Numbered from the stretch's first letter, positions 21,093-31,382 are shown. The stretch is DNA of 64,000 nucleotides from Streptococcus sanguinis (GCA_963549775.1 CAUUZZ010000001.1:22919-86918), one strand, 5' to 3'. The notes: generated from the sequence alone by a model not told the origin. Program-made: numbers and translations.

Positions 21093-21596
21093 TTATTCAG
21101 TCTTCTCCCCCGCTTCTAGTTTCAACAGAAAGGCTTTTTTATCAAGGCCTCCAGCATAGCCGGTCAAATTGCCATCACTTCCGACAATCCGGTGGCAGGG
21201 AATTATAACAGAAATAGGATTATGGCCGATGGCACCACCGACTGCTCTGGCCGAGCCAATTTTTCCATACTCAGCCTGCAACTCCCGCAAAACATCTGAA
21301 TAAGTAGCCGTTTGTCCATAGGGAATCTTCTGCAGCACTGTCAGAACCTTGCTTCTAAACTCAGTCACTTGAGGTGCCAATGGAATCTCTTCTGTCGCGG
21401 GATTTTCTCCCTTAAAATAAGCATCCAACCAAGCAGAGATGCGTCGGCTGACTTCTGTCTCTCCCTGTTGCGCTTTCTCCAAATCGTAGCCTGCCCCAAA
21501 ATATTTCTGACCCTCTAGCCAAAGTCCCAACAAGGCATTTGCGTCTGTCAAGATGAGAATCCGGCCAATCGGTGATGCATAATAAGTCTTGTACAT
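21093..21596 (-). CDS. ogt: Methylated-DNA--protein-cysteine methyltransferase
   Basis: ARAVG and IPCHRIV active-site motif. Confidence 0.95.
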   Translation of the reverse strand: MYKTYYASPIGRILILTDANALLGLWLEGQKYFGAGYDLEKAQQGETEVSRRISAWLDAYFKGENPATEEIPLAPQVTEFRSKVLTVLQKIPYGQTATYSDVLRELQAEYGKIGSARAVGGAIGHNPISVIIPCHRIVGSDGNLTGYAGGLDKKAFLLKLEAGEKTE

Positions 21597-21631
21597 ATTT
21601 TTTCTTTCTTCGATTTTCTTAATATGCCTTA

Positions 21632-22489
21632 TTAAACCACTCTTGTCTTAACTTTAGCCACAATCCCATCTGGGTCTGTGACTTCTAGCTCTTGGGAGCT
21701 AATCCATCGGACTGGCGCCTGCAAGCCCAGAGCATTTTCATAAATTGCTACTATGTCTTTTTTCCCTTGAACTTGTGCTTCAAAATAGGCTAGTCCCATT
21801 TGCTTAGGTTGGCGATGATTCAAGTGAGAACCTCCCCATTCATTAACTGCTAAATGGTGATGGTAGTTTCCTGATGCCAGCCAGCTAGCAGAAGGTAAAG
21901 AAAATTTATCCTCCAAGCTTAGAAGCTTTTGGTAAAAATGACTGGCTGCTCTGCTATTTTTCACAGACAGGTGGACATGACCCATACGAGTTCCTTCGGC
22001 AATACTAAACGGTTGGACTTCCTGACCTAGTTCATAGATTTCTTGAGCCGCGAGCGCTTCCGTCACTCCGATAATGCGACCATCTTCTCGAATATCCCAA
22101 TCAATCTGAGGCTTGTCCCAATAAAGCTCAATGCCGTTGCCTTCTGGATCCTCCAGATAAATGGCTTCACTGTAACCGTGGTCCGCCCCTCCAACCATAG
22201 GAACTTTACTTTCTGATAAATGCTTCAGGATATCTGCTAAGGCTTGACGGCTTGGAAGCAAAAGTGCCAAATGATAAAGACCGTAAGCCGACTTAACGGA
22301 CTGTCGGTCATTAGTCGCTAAAAGCCTCACCAACACTTGTCCGTCCCTGCCCAAAGCCACCTCTCCGTCCTGCTCTTCCAAAAGTTCCAGGCCTAAAACG
22401 TGCTGATAAAAATCTCTTTGTCTCGCTAGGTCAGCTACATAAAGTGCCACCTCTCCTAGATAAATCTTGCTTTGATATTCAAAAGTCAT
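21632..22489 (-). CDS. catE: VOC-family catechol 2,3-dioxygenase (CatE-like)
   Basis: GLYHLA, DHGYSEAIYLEDPEGNGIE, GHVHL, YHHHLAVN. Confidence 0.85.
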   Translation of the reverse strand: MTFEYQSKIYLGEVALYVADLARQRDFYQHVLGLELLEEQDGEVALGRDGQVLVRLLATNDRQSVKSAYGLYHLALLLPSRQALADILKHLSESKVPMVGGADHGYSEAIYLEDPEGNGIELYWDKPQIDWDIREDGRIIGVTEALAAQEIYELGQEVQPFSIAEGTRMGHVHLSVKNSRAASHFYQKLLSLEDKFSLPSASWLASGNYHHHLAVNEWGGSHLNHRQPKQMGLAYFEAQVQGKKDIVAIYENALGLQAPVRWISSQELEVTDPDGIVAKVKTRVV

Positions 22490-22548
22490 GTTCTTTCTCC
22501 TCTCTTTAAATCCAATCAAAGATTCAGCAGTCCGCTTGCTCAATTTTT

Positions 22549-22611
22549 TTATTTTCCTAAAACAGAGATAGGTTCCTTGATGCGGATGCCTGCCTTTCCA
22601 TTTGCTCCGAA
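22549..22611 (-). pseudogene. Deletion scar of a YwnB-like NAD(P)-dependent oxidoreductase
   Basis: One frame reads FGANGKAG-IRIKEPISVLGK*: a Rossmann GxxGxxG start joined to a YwnB-like C-terminus (recalled, not searched). Confidence 0.6.
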
Positions 22612-22625
22612 AGATTATTTTAAAT

Positions 22626-22686
22626 TGTAATTATTTTCGTTACATCTATAAGTATAGCACGTTTTGATGTAATGTCAAGGATTACA
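22626..22686. promoter_or_regulatory. Two TGTAA-N9-TTACA Rrf2 (SifR-type) operators over the catE promoter
   Basis: TGTAATTATTTTCGTTACA (22626-22644) and TGTAATGTCAAGGATTACA (22668-22686); minus-strand TTGACA and TGnTATACT overlap or lie between them. Confidence 0.85.
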
Positions 22687-22722
22687 TCTCAGAAAATTCT
22701 CAACAAAAAAACAATCTGCTCA

Positions 22723-23172
22723 CTAGGAAACAGATTGGGCTTTAATTTCTTTTTCGGTCGCTGCGACGACCTCGTCAAGTCTGGTCTGAGCCAATTCAGC
22801 TTCCATGGCTGCCTGGATAGCCGCCAAGCGGTCGTCTAAGACATTGTGAATGTTCTTGCCGATAGGACAGTCTGGATTGGGCTTGTCATGAAAACTAAAG
22901 AGCTGGCCGCTCTTGCCCAGACATTCAACCGCACTATAGATGTCCAACAGACTAATATCTTTCAAATCTTTGGCAATCTCTGCTCCTCCAGTCCCACGAG
23001 CAACGGTAATCATTCCTGCATTCTTGAGCTGGGACAGGGTCTTGCGGATAATAACTGGGTTGACGCCGACACTGCCAGCAAGGATATCACTTGTCAGTTT
23101 TTGTTTTTTTCCCTCCAAAGCCAGAACAATCAGCATATGGGTGGCAATGGTAAAACGGCTAGAAATCTGCAT
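22723..23172 (-). CDS. sifR: Rrf2-family transcriptional repressor, SifR/YwnA-like
   Basis: MQISSRFTIATH, SVGVNPVIIR, HDKPNPDCPIG; adjacent catE with operators. Confidence 0.75.
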   Translation of the reverse strand: MQISSRFTIATHMLIVLALEGKKQKLTSDILAGSVGVNPVIIRKTLSQLKNAGMITVARGTGGAEIAKDLKDISLLDIYSAVECLGKSGQLFSFHDKPNPDCPIGKNIHNVLDDRLAAIQAAMEAELAQTRLDEVVAATEKEIKAQSVS

Positions 23173-23221
23173 TTTTTCTCCTCCCTTATCATTTTCTCTC
23201 ACTATTATATCTCAAAAATGG

Positions 23222-23240
23222 TGTAACTTCAAGAGTTACG
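23222..23240. promoter_or_regulatory. Third SifR-type box upstream of the Rrf2 gene (autoregulation)
   Basis: TGTAACTTCAAGAGTTACG. Confidence 0.6.
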
Positions 23241-24077
23241 ACTGGACTTTAAGAAAGCAGCAATCTCATCCGCATAGCCTTCCCGCTCACTGATTTCCCG
23301 CAGCAGGTCGTGATTGTGAGTATGGTGGATACCATTGACCAAACTCTCCCGATAAATCTCATAGTAAGGCAAGTGGAGCTCCCGAGCCAATCGCAGTTCC
23401 TGCTCCACATCGTAGGCCACGCGCCTCAGGTCTACATCAGCCAGACCCGTCTCATCTATCTCTAAAATGGCATACTGGGCTCGCAAGTCCTGACGCAAAG
23501 CTGAATCAAGAAAGAACGGCTGACCAATAGAGCCGGGATTGATGATCAGCTGGCCCTTAGTCCCGTAGCGGAGAAACTGCTGGTGAATATGACCATAAAC
23601 AGCAACAGCGCAGTCATTTCCTTCAAAAAGGCGGTCAAAATCACTCTGCTCGCCAATATGAATCAGCTCCCGCCCCCAATTCTTATCTGGCAGATGGTGA
23701 CTAACCGCAATCTTCAATCCCTCTACTTCTGTTAAGATTTGCAGAGGAAGTTCCTGCATGCGGTCAATCTCTTCAGGACTGATTTCCTCTAGGACAAAAT
23801 GGCAGAGCCGGGTCAGGTAGAGATGGCTGGGACGATCCAAATCCAGTTTTTGATGCAAGGCATGCCAGAGGCTGTCTTCCCAATTCCCTCTGACCTGGAG
23901 GCTGATGTGCAGCTGCTCCATCCTATCTAAGATATTTCTGCGACCGGTTCCTGGCAGGAGCAAGTCACCCAAAAACCAATAGTCTGTCACCTGCTGGCTT
24001 TCCGCATCCGCCAGTACTGTTTCCAAGGCTGTGCTATTTCCATGCACATCGGATAATAAGGCAATTTTTCGTGTCAT
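23229..24077 (-). CDS. Calcineurin-like metallophosphoesterase
   Basis: SDVHGN, LGD, RGNWE, GHIH, NPGSIG. Confidence 0.92.
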   Translation of the reverse strand: MTRKIALLSDVHGNSTALETVLADAESQQVTDYWFLGDLLLPGTGRRNILDRMEQLHISLQVRGNWEDSLWHALHQKLDLDRPSHLYLTRLCHFVLEEISPEEIDRMQELPLQILTEVEGLKIAVSHHLPDKNWGRELIHIGEQSDFDRLFEGNDCAVAVYGHIHQQFLRYGTKGQLIINPGSIGQPFFLDSALRQDLRAQYAILEIDETGLADVDLRRVAYDVEQELRLARELHLPYYEIYRESLVNGIHHTHNHDLLREISEREGYADEIAAFLKSSRNS

Positions 24078-24173
24078 CGTGTGTCTTTCTCATTCTTTAC
24101 AAGAAATATTATATCAAAGTTCAAAAAAACTTCCACCCATCAAGTGAGTGAAAGTTTTGAAATGTTTTTTTAA

Positions 24174-26897
24174 TTAATCAACAGATTTGAGGGCTTCCAG
24201 CATATCCACCCGTCTGAGACGGTAGTTGACAAAGAAGCCAAGTAAGGTCAAAATAAGAGTCACTGCTGTTAGAGGAAACAGATAGACGGAGAGACTTACT
24301 TGAGCATTTAAGCTAATAATGCTAGGCGCAACCTTCTCAATCAAAAAACGATGCAAGAAGAAACCACCTAGAAGCCCAACTGCCATCCCAATCACTGAAA
24401 GAATAATGGTCTCTCGATAGATATAGAGAGTCACTTCCTTATTATGGAAGCCCAGAACCTTGATAGTGGACAGCTCGCGAATCCGCTCAGCCACATTGAT
24501 ATTGGTCAGATTGTATAGAATGACAACTGCTAGAAGAACGGAGATCACCACCAAAATAAGCATCGTATTATTAAGAGAATCAGCTAGAACGTTGAACTGC
24601 TTCACCATGCTAGCATTTTGTGAGACACTCTTGACAGACTTGAGGCTCATAAATTTATTGGCCATATTGACAATATTTTTACTGGAAGAATCCTTGAGCT
24701 GCACTAGATAAGTATTTTTCTCAGGTTTTTCCCCATAAATCTTCTGATAGTCAGTCGCCTTCATAAAGGCAAAATGCCCAAAATGATTCTCATTGACTGC
24801 TGCGAGCTTGACAGGCTTGCCACCCAGCTCTATACTGCCACCGGGGCTAACTCCAGCTATGCGGGCCAATTTATCCGAAACAACTACACCGTCCTTGAGA
24901 GTCAGCTTTTGCTGGCTGTCAGGACTTTCCATAGAAATAAAAGGTTCAAAATTTTCCTTGTCCGTAACCATTAAAGTGACTGACTCTGTCTCTTTTTTTC
25001 CTTTGTATTTCTCTGTCAAGGTTTCACTATAGATCTCCTGATAATCAGCAATCGAGCCATCAGCCAACATCTTTTTCAGCTTGTCTTGCTCAGCTTGATT
25101 CTCCCCAGGATTGACAGCGACAATCAAGTCGTATCGCAGAATCTCCTCAAACTGACGTTTGGGAATACCACCAATAGAAGATTGGAGGCCTAGACCGGCA
25201 AAGAGCAGGGCAACAGAACCCGCCACACCAAAGATGGTCATAAACATCCGCTGCTTATAGCGAAAGATATTGCGTGCTGTGACCTTCTGAGTAAAGCTAA
25301 GACGTCGCCAGATCAGGGTCAGTCTTTCCAAGAAAATCTTGGAGCCTTTAACCGGTGGCTTGGGCAAAAGCAAGTGAGCTGCTTCTTCTGTCAGCTCCCG
25401 CCTCGCCACCAAATAGGCAGGGAGAACGCTGGAAAGAAGGGAAAGTCCAAGGGCCAGTAAACTATAGGAAACATAAAAATATGCATGAGGGGCAGAGAGC
25501 ACCATCCCTCTGGTAATAATAGAAGAAATCACTCCCGACAAGAAATAATGTCCCAACAGAATTCCTATGAGGGTACCTAGACTCCCCGCCACCAAACCGT
25601 AAAGAGCAAACTTGCGAATGATATCTCGGCTATGATAGCCTAGAGCCTTAAAGACACCTGCATTTGTTCGCTCTTCATCAACAAAGCGAGTCATGGTGGT
25701 AAAGGTCACCATAGCTGCCACCAGATAGAGCACCACCGGGAAGATATTACCAATCGACGCAATACTATTCATGGAGTTTTTATACATATGATAGCCATTC
25801 CCACCTGGCAGAGACTTGCGGTCATAGCTATGATAGGCCGGCTCTTTCAAACGACTCAGGTCTGCCTTAGCCTCAGCTAGCTTGTCCTTGCTAGATGATA
25901 AGTCTTTCTCTGCCTGAGCTAGCTCTGCTTTTTTCTGATTGAGCTGGGACTCAGCTTCCTGAATCTGCTGCTGGCTCTGGCTGAGCTGTGCAGGAGGGAG
26001 GATAGAAGCGGATTTAGTTGCTGCTAGCTGGTTTTTTTGCTGATCCAGCTGACTCTGAGCTTGCTCTAATTGTTTTTTACCTTGGGTCAGTTCGCTCTCA
26101 GCCTGACCAATCTTATCTTGGCCCTTCTGAATGGTACTTTTGGCATCTGCCTCTAATCGCTTAAAGCGAGCCACTCCGTTATCTTCCAGGCTCTTGTCCA
26201 AAGCAGTCTGGTGCTGCTCCAAACGCTCCTGATAGCTTTCAGAGAAGGGAGCCAACTTTTCTAAATCATGATAGCGCAGGCGGGCAATACTGTACACATC
26301 TGTTTTAAAGGCCTTGGGGCTGACTACAGCATAGGCTGATAAAGCACCGCTGCCACTAGTCGCATTGCCCAGATTTCTATCAGACCAGAGCTCTGCTGAG
26401 TTGACAAAACCCACAATCTTATAGGTCTTGTTTTTCAGAACTGACGGCCTGCCTGCTTTTTCGGTCAGATCAATCTCCTGACCAAGTTTGTATTTTCTAG
26501 ACCAAAAGCTAGCCAGAGCAATTTCTTGCTCTTTCTTAGGAAGACGACCAGAGGTCACTTGAAAGTTTGAAATATCCTTGGTATCTGAGAATACTCGGAG
26601 TGCCTCTTCGTCTACGGTGACATCTGTCAGATAGCCAAACTCGACATCAGCTCCCTTAATAGCTTCCAGCTCTTTCTGATCCGCCTTATCCAAACCATAG
26701 TCCGCCATAACAGCCAAGTCCATGGTTCGTTGCTCTTTCAAATAATCTGTTGCTGTTCTGCGCATATTGGGTGGAGCGACCTTAAGTCCCACGAGAGCTA
26801 AAGAGCCCAGCATCATGAGGATTAAAATAGATAGGAAACGTCCTTTAGAGCTAGTGAAGGAGCGCAGAATATCTTTCCAATAAATCTTTCTCTTCAT
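24174..26897 (-). CDS. FtsX/MacB-like ABC exporter permease
   Basis: Two FtsX domains (EERTNAGVFKALG; ERIRELSTIKVLG); coiled-coil ectodomain. Confidence 0.92.
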   Translation of the reverse strand: MKRKIYWKDILRSFTSSKGRFLSILILMMLGSLALVGLKVAPPNMRRTATDYLKEQRTMDLAVMADYGLDKADQKELEAIKGADVEFGYLTDVTVDEEALRVFSDTKDISNFQVTSGRLPKKEQEIALASFWSRKYKLGQEIDLTEKAGRPSVLKNKTYKIVGFVNSAELWSDRNLGNATSGSGALSAYAVVSPKAFKTDVYSIARLRYHDLEKLAPFSESYQERLEQHQTALDKSLEDNGVARFKRLEADAKSTIQKGQDKIGQAESELTQGKKQLEQAQSQLDQQKNQLAATKSASILPPAQLSQSQQQIQEAESQLNQKKAELAQAEKDLSSSKDKLAEAKADLSRLKEPAYHSYDRKSLPGGNGYHMYKNSMNSIASIGNIFPVVLYLVAAMVTFTTMTRFVDEERTNAGVFKALGYHSRDIIRKFALYGLVAGSLGTLIGILLGHYFLSGVISSIITRGMVLSAPHAYFYVSYSLLALGLSLLSSVLPAYLVARRELTEEAAHLLLPKPPVKGSKIFLERLTLIWRRLSFTQKVTARNIFRYKQRMFMTIFGVAGSVALLFAGLGLQSSIGGIPKRQFEEILRYDLIVAVNPGENQAEQDKLKKMLADGSIADYQEIYSETLTEKYKGKKETESVTLMVTDKENFEPFISMESPDSQQKLTLKDGVVVSDKLARIAGVSPGGSIELGGKPVKLAAVNENHFGHFAFMKATDYQKIYGEKPEKNTYLVQLKDSSSKNIVNMANKFMSLKSVKSVSQNASMVKQFNVLADSLNNTMLILVVISVLLAVVILYNLTNINVAERIRELSTIKVLGFHNKEVTLYIYRETIILSVIGMAVGLLGGFFLHRFLIEKVAPSIISLNAQVSLSVYLFPLTAVTLILTLLGFFVNYRLRRVDMLEALKSVD

Positions 26898-26898
26898 A

Positions 26899-27600
26899 TT
26901 AATACTCCAATGTACTTATATCCTGAGGCGATTCATTCACCGTAACACTCTTGACTCTCGCATCGTGCATGCGGATAACCCGGTCAGCAATGGGAGCCAA
27001 GGCAGCATTGTGGGTCACGATAATCACCGTCGCTCCTTGATTACGGGACATATCCTGTAAGATTTGCAGCACTTGCTTGCCGGTATTGTAGTCTAGAGCT
27101 CCTGTCGGTTCATCGCAGAGCAAAATTTTGGGATTCTTAGCTACAGCCCGAGCGATGGACACCCGCTGCTGCTCCCCTCCTGACAGCTGCGCTGGGAAGT
27201 TATTGAGCCGCTTTTCCAGACCAACTGCGGTCAGAGCGGCCACTGGGTCTTGAGCATTCTTGACGATTTCAGAAGCCAATTCCACATTTTCCTTAGCCGT
27301 CAGGTTAGGCACCAAATTATAAAACTGAAAGACGAAGCCCACGTCATTGCGGCGATAGTCCGTCAGCTGGTGGGAATTGTAGTCAGCAATATTCTGGCCG
27401 TCTATCAGGATGTCTCCCTCATCATTGGTATCCATACCGCCAAGGATATTAAGTACCGTAGACTTACCGGCACCAGAAGCACCCAAAATAATGACCAGTT
27501 CTCCCTTTTCAATCTCAAAAGAAATATCGTGATTGGCGACTATTTCCGTATCCCCCATCTGATAACGTTTAAAGCTATGTTTCATTTCAATATATGCCAT
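26899..27600 (-). CDS. ABC exporter ATPase (LolD/MacB type)
   Basis: [24 protein letters not shown]; start MAYIEM. Confidence 0.93.
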   Translation of the reverse strand: MAYIEMKHSFKRYQMGDTEIVANHDISFEIEKGELVIILGASGAGKSTVLNILGGMDTNDEGDILIDGQNIADYNSHQLTDYRRNDVGFVFQFYNLVPNLTAKENVELASEIVKNAQDPVAALTAVGLEKRLNNFPAQLSGGEQQRVSIARAVAKNPKILLCDEPTGALDYNTGKQVLQILQDMSRNQGATVIIVTHNAALAPIADRVIRMHDARVKSVTVNESPQDISTLEY

Positions 27601-27703
27601 ATCGCTTCTCTCCTTTTCAAACCTCATCTCCTTAAATAGACAAGGTGTTGATTCTAAATCACAGATATTATATAATGAGCTTAGATAAAAAGCAATAATC
27701 AAA

Positions 27704-27722
27704 AATCAACAAAGTGTTGATT
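27704..27722. promoter_or_regulatory. Probable TetR operator
   Basis: AATCAACA-AAG-TGTTGATT palindrome; a related copy TAGACAAGGTGTTGATT near 27637. Confidence 0.65.
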
Positions 27723-27741
27723 TAAGCGAAAAGGAAGAAAA

Positions 27742-28302
27742 ATGGCCCAGAAACGAAAAACTACTACTAAAGAAGACATCAAAGAAGCCTTGATCCAGCT
27801 ACTATCAGAGGAAAGATTTGATACTATCTCTATCAGTAAGCTCTGCAAACGGGCAGGGATTAATCGCGGCACCTTCTACCTACACTACGAGGACAAGTAT
27901 CAGATGATTGATAGTTTTAAAAGCGAAATTATTTCCCAACTTTCTAGTTATAGCTTGTTTGAAGCGGAGAACGAATATCCCCAAAAGTTAATGATAGCAA
28001 AATTTCATATACTGCGTGCTAATGAGCGTCTTATCAATGCACTGACCAGAAGCCATTATATTGACTTTCGAGAGGCTATTCGGGAGTACATAACCACTAT
28101 CATTCTGAGTGACAAGCAAGAGACTGCTACCCAGCGTTTTTTAGAGGAGAACTTTCAGATTCCTCCGAAATATGCACTGGAAATCTTCCTATCCAGTGTT
28201 GAGGGGATTATTTCTCTTTGGATAGCCGGTGGTGCTCAAGAAGAACCCGAAGAAATCACGGATATGATTTTAACTACTTATAACTATGATTATTTGAGAT
28301 AG
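27742..28302 (+). CDS. TetR/AcrR-family regulator
   Basis: ISKLCKRAGINRGTFYLHY HTH; divergent from the ABC exporter. Confidence 0.93.
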   Translation: MAQKRKTTTKEDIKEALIQLLSEERFDTISISKLCKRAGINRGTFYLHYEDKYQMIDSFKSEIISQLSSYSLFEAENEYPQKLMIAKFHILRANERLINALTRSHYIDFREAIREYITTIILSDKQETATQRFLEENFQIPPKYALEIFLSSVEGIISLWIAGGAQEEPEEITDMILTTYNYDYLR

Positions 28303-28384
28303 ACACTTCCAGTTTGAAGACTAGCCAAAAGTCCATTTTCCACTAAAAAATGCCGAACAAACAGTCCGGCATTTTAAAATCATA

Positions 28385-30436
28385 TTAGTTTTTCTTTGTT
28401 TTCTTCAAAAGGAAGAAGACTCCTGCTAGGATAATAAAGCCAGCAAGCCCAATGATGGTGACTTGCTCACCTGTTGATGGCAGGTCTTTTTTCTTGGCCT
28501 TGACGGACTGCTCATTTCGATACTGCACTTGATAAACAGAGAAATGATTGGTCGTGAAGCTGATAGTCTGGTTTTGATTAACTGTTACATCAAATTTCTC
28601 AACCTGCTTGCCATTTTCATCCAAAGCATAGACAGCATCCACTGGCAGGTCCTTGCGGACTGGGATCGTCACAAGGGTTGGACTGACCTGATGTACTGGC
28701 TGACCATTCGGATCGGTCAAGCGAATGTCATAGGTATCTGTCGGCTGATTCTTGCTTTCCAGTTTTTGCACAGATAGTTGAAGACCGGCCTTGACCAAGT
28801 CAGCATTTTTCAAACGAATGCCAGTTGCAACATCCACCAAGCTGTCATCTTCTACATTGACTTCCGTCCGGCTATCAGAGCTGCTGGAAGTTGCTGAAGA
28901 GGAAGAACTTGACGAGCTTTGAGATGACGAAGAGCTGCTAGAATCTTTGCTGGAGCTGGAAGGAGTCGTTTTTGTTGCTTCCTTGATTTTAGCTTCCATT
29001 TCAGCTTCTAGCTCTTTCATTTCCTTAAAGACTTGCGCTGCTCGAGCCTGTGTTTCCTCTGTAACTTTTGCTGAAGAGTCTGGCAGAGCTGCATTGGCTG
29101 CATCCAGAGCATTTTGTTCCTCAATAAAGCGGGCTTCCAAAGCCTTCCACTTGTCTTGAACAGAAGTGCCAAAGAGGTCCTGATGCTTGGCCGCCATATC
29201 GTAGATATGAGATGCTACCCAGTACCAAGAGTCTGGACTGTAGCTAGTTGTGTTGACCTTATAAGCATCGTAAGTATCTGTGATATTACCATTATAAGGC
29301 AGGTAAGGTGAGAAGCGAGGGCTGCCTACCGCTAGCCACATAGTGCCTCCGCCCATATTGGCTGGAACGCCATCTTTGAGCTGGAAGATATGAGCTTCCA
29401 TGACATTTGGATTGCCCAGCGGATATTTGTAAACAGGATCTGTCGTACCACGTTGTGGCAGCCCCTTACCATCTAGCTCCATTTGGTCCAGCGGTTTGAA
29501 CTGAGTGCCCTCAAAGCGATTGCGCTGCATGGCCATGACATCTGCTACACTGATCTTTCTGTCTGTGGAGTGCATGAGATCAAAGTAAGAGTCGTTATAA
29601 GACACGGCCGCATTTGGATCCAGACTGGTGATACCTGCCCAGGCACGTGAACGATCTGCCTCTGCCATCGGTGGATTGTAGGACTGAGAAATATGGAATT
29701 TGCCGTCAATTTCTTTATAAGAGTTAGCCTGCTTGGCTACATCCTGAACACCCTTTGAGGCAATGACATTTTCTGTATCATCAAAGTCAACACTACCCAA
29801 GAAGAAAGTATTAGGAAAGACAGCATACTTGTCATCTGGGAATTTAATAGCAACATATTGGTGGCCAGATAGGATTTCCATATACCAGACACCAGTCTTA
29901 TCAGCAATGGTAATAATATTCCCCTCTGCTGCTCCCTGCTCTCTGACAATCTGCGCCATCAGCTCCACACCCTGACGGGCAGTTTGAACATGGGGCAGAA
30001 CGACAGTTGTCAGGATAGACTCTGCCAAGCCATTTTCTACATAAGGATCCACCTTTTGAATGGCATCATTAGCCTTGGCAGAAACAGTCGCAGAAATGGA
30101 AACACCGTACTCATTGAAGCCAACCTCGTCAAAAATACCTTGGGATGGGGTCACATCTGATACAGAGGTATACTTGTAGCTTTCTGTCGGCAGGGTCCAT
30201 TCAAAGCCGTTGGTTTCATCGACCAGCTTGGCACCACTCGCATTGGTCTTTCTCGGATGAACCAGAAAGACCTTATTGTGATTGGGCTCCAAGTCCTCCG
30301 TCCGACCGTAAAGCGTCGTACCATCTGCAGTCAGGTCTTTCCCGACAATAAATCCTGTACAGGCTTCGACCACTTGGAAAGGAAAGAGAAAAATGGTCGA
30401 AAGAGCTAACAAGGAACGAAATAATATTTTTTTCAT
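28385..30436 (-). CDS. Sortase-anchored C69-family dipeptidase
   Basis: Signal VEA|CTG; GRTED; Ser-rich linker; LPSTG + TM + basic tail. Confidence 0.9.
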   Translation of the reverse strand: MKKILFRSLLALSTIFLFPFQVVEACTGFIVGKDLTADGTTLYGRTEDLEPNHNKVFLVHPRKTNASGAKLVDETNGFEWTLPTESYKYTSVSDVTPSQGIFDEVGFNEYGVSISATVSAKANDAIQKVDPYVENGLAESILTTVVLPHVQTARQGVELMAQIVREQGAAEGNIITIADKTGVWYMEILSGHQYVAIKFPDDKYAVFPNTFFLGSVDFDDTENVIASKGVQDVAKQANSYKEIDGKFHISQSYNPPMAEADRSRAWAGITSLDPNAAVSYNDSYFDLMHSTDRKISVADVMAMQRNRFEGTQFKPLDQMELDGKGLPQRGTTDPVYKYPLGNPNVMEAHIFQLKDGVPANMGGGTMWLAVGSPRFSPYLPYNGNITDTYDAYKVNTTSYSPDSWYWVASHIYDMAAKHQDLFGTSVQDKWKALEARFIEEQNALDAANAALPDSSAKVTEETQARAAQVFKEMKELEAEMEAKIKEATKTTPSSSSKDSSSSSSSQSSSSSSSSATSSSSDSRTEVNVEDDSLVDVATGIRLKNADLVKAGLQLSVQKLESKNQPTDTYDIRLTDPNGQPVHQVSPTLVTIPVRKDLPVDAVYALDENGKQVEKFDVTVNQNQTISFTTNHFSVYQVQYRNEQSVKAKKKDLPSTGEQVTIIGLAGFIILAGVFFLLKKTKKN

Positions 30437-30514
30437 AAAAATATCTCCTTTGTTTTTTTGTAAAAAATTACAAAATTAAATACTATATTCAGTATAGCCT
30501 TTTACTCTAGGTTT

Positions 30515-30528
30515 TGCAAGCGATTACA
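30515..30528. promoter_or_regulatory. cre site
   Basis: TGCAAGCGATTACA in the promoter region of the LPxTG dipeptidase. Confidence 0.7.
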
Positions 30529-30560
30529 AAGTTTTGTTTTATAAATATCCTCAAAATTAT

Positions 30561-31382
30561 TTAAATTTCTAAATCTGTCTTTTTCTCCTTCAAAACCAGT
30601 CGGTAAACTTCTATAAAAGTCGCAACGAGAAAGGCAAATAAGAATCCGACAAGGATGTTAATCCGATGCTCTGTTTCGAAGAAAGGAGAGTTCCAAATAA
30701 AGTGATTGGCAACTGTTGACACGACGCACCAGAAACCAAAGAGACGGTATTTCTTGTAAGCCGTGGAGAAGAGAAGATAAACCCCAACGGTCACCACTGC
30801 TGTATAGAGAGTATGTGAAGCCAATCCGCCAGCAATTCTGCCAACTGCTTCTAAGGAACCACTATATTGTCCTCCGAAAGTCACTCTGGATACATAGCCA
30901 ATATCCTCTATGACTTGAAAACCAAAGCCCGAACTCAGCCCAGCGATTAAGACTGACTGAATATCCTTGCGTCCCAAAATATAGAGAGCGGCAAAGGCTG
31001 TCAGAGACTTGAAAAATTCTTCTGCAAAAGGAGCTGTCAGTGCATTGGTCCAATCATTGAAAATACCTGGATCCTTGATAAAGTTAGAATTAATAATATC
31101 AATCAAGCTATTGCCTGCAAAGCTGAGCCAGCCAGAGATAAAGGCACCTCCAAAGAGGGCTGTTCCTAGAACGATCATCTCAACTGATAACTTTTTGGCG
31201 AGTTTTTTAATCAAGAAATAGAAAGGCAGGAAAAAAGCAGCTAAAACAGCTAAGTTCAGAACCAAGTCGCGACCAGCTTCTAAGGTGACTTCCTTCTCCG
31301 CCATGGAGCCTAGCTCAAACTGCAAGCCGATACCAGCTAGGACTAAGTAGATATAGAGAGCAATTCTTCTTGTTTTATTCAT
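30561..31382 (-). CDS. PrsW-family intramembrane protease
   Basis: APFAEEFFK (EExxK), FQVIE (FxxxE), ASH, NHFIWN (HxxxN); multi-TM. Confidence 0.88.
   Translation of the reverse strand: MNKTRRIALYIYLVLAGIGLQFELGSMAEKEVTLEAGRDLVLNLAVLAAFFLPFYFLIKKLAKKLSVEMIVLGTALFGGAFISGWLSFAGNSLIDIINSNFIKDPGIFNDWTNALTAPFAEEFFKSLTAFAALYILGRKDIQSVLIAGLSSGFGFQVIEDIGYVSRVTFGGQYSGSLEAVGRIAGGLASHTLYTAVVTVGVYLLFSTAYKKYRLFGFWCVVSTVANHFIWNSPFFETEHRINILVGFLFAFLVATFIEVYRLVLKEKKTDLEI

Noticed and set aside
28870..28965. Ser-rich low-complexity tract (similar ones in the lipoproteins near 19340 and 61925)
   Set aside because: These are ordinary flexible linkers with mixed codons, not tandem DNA repeats.
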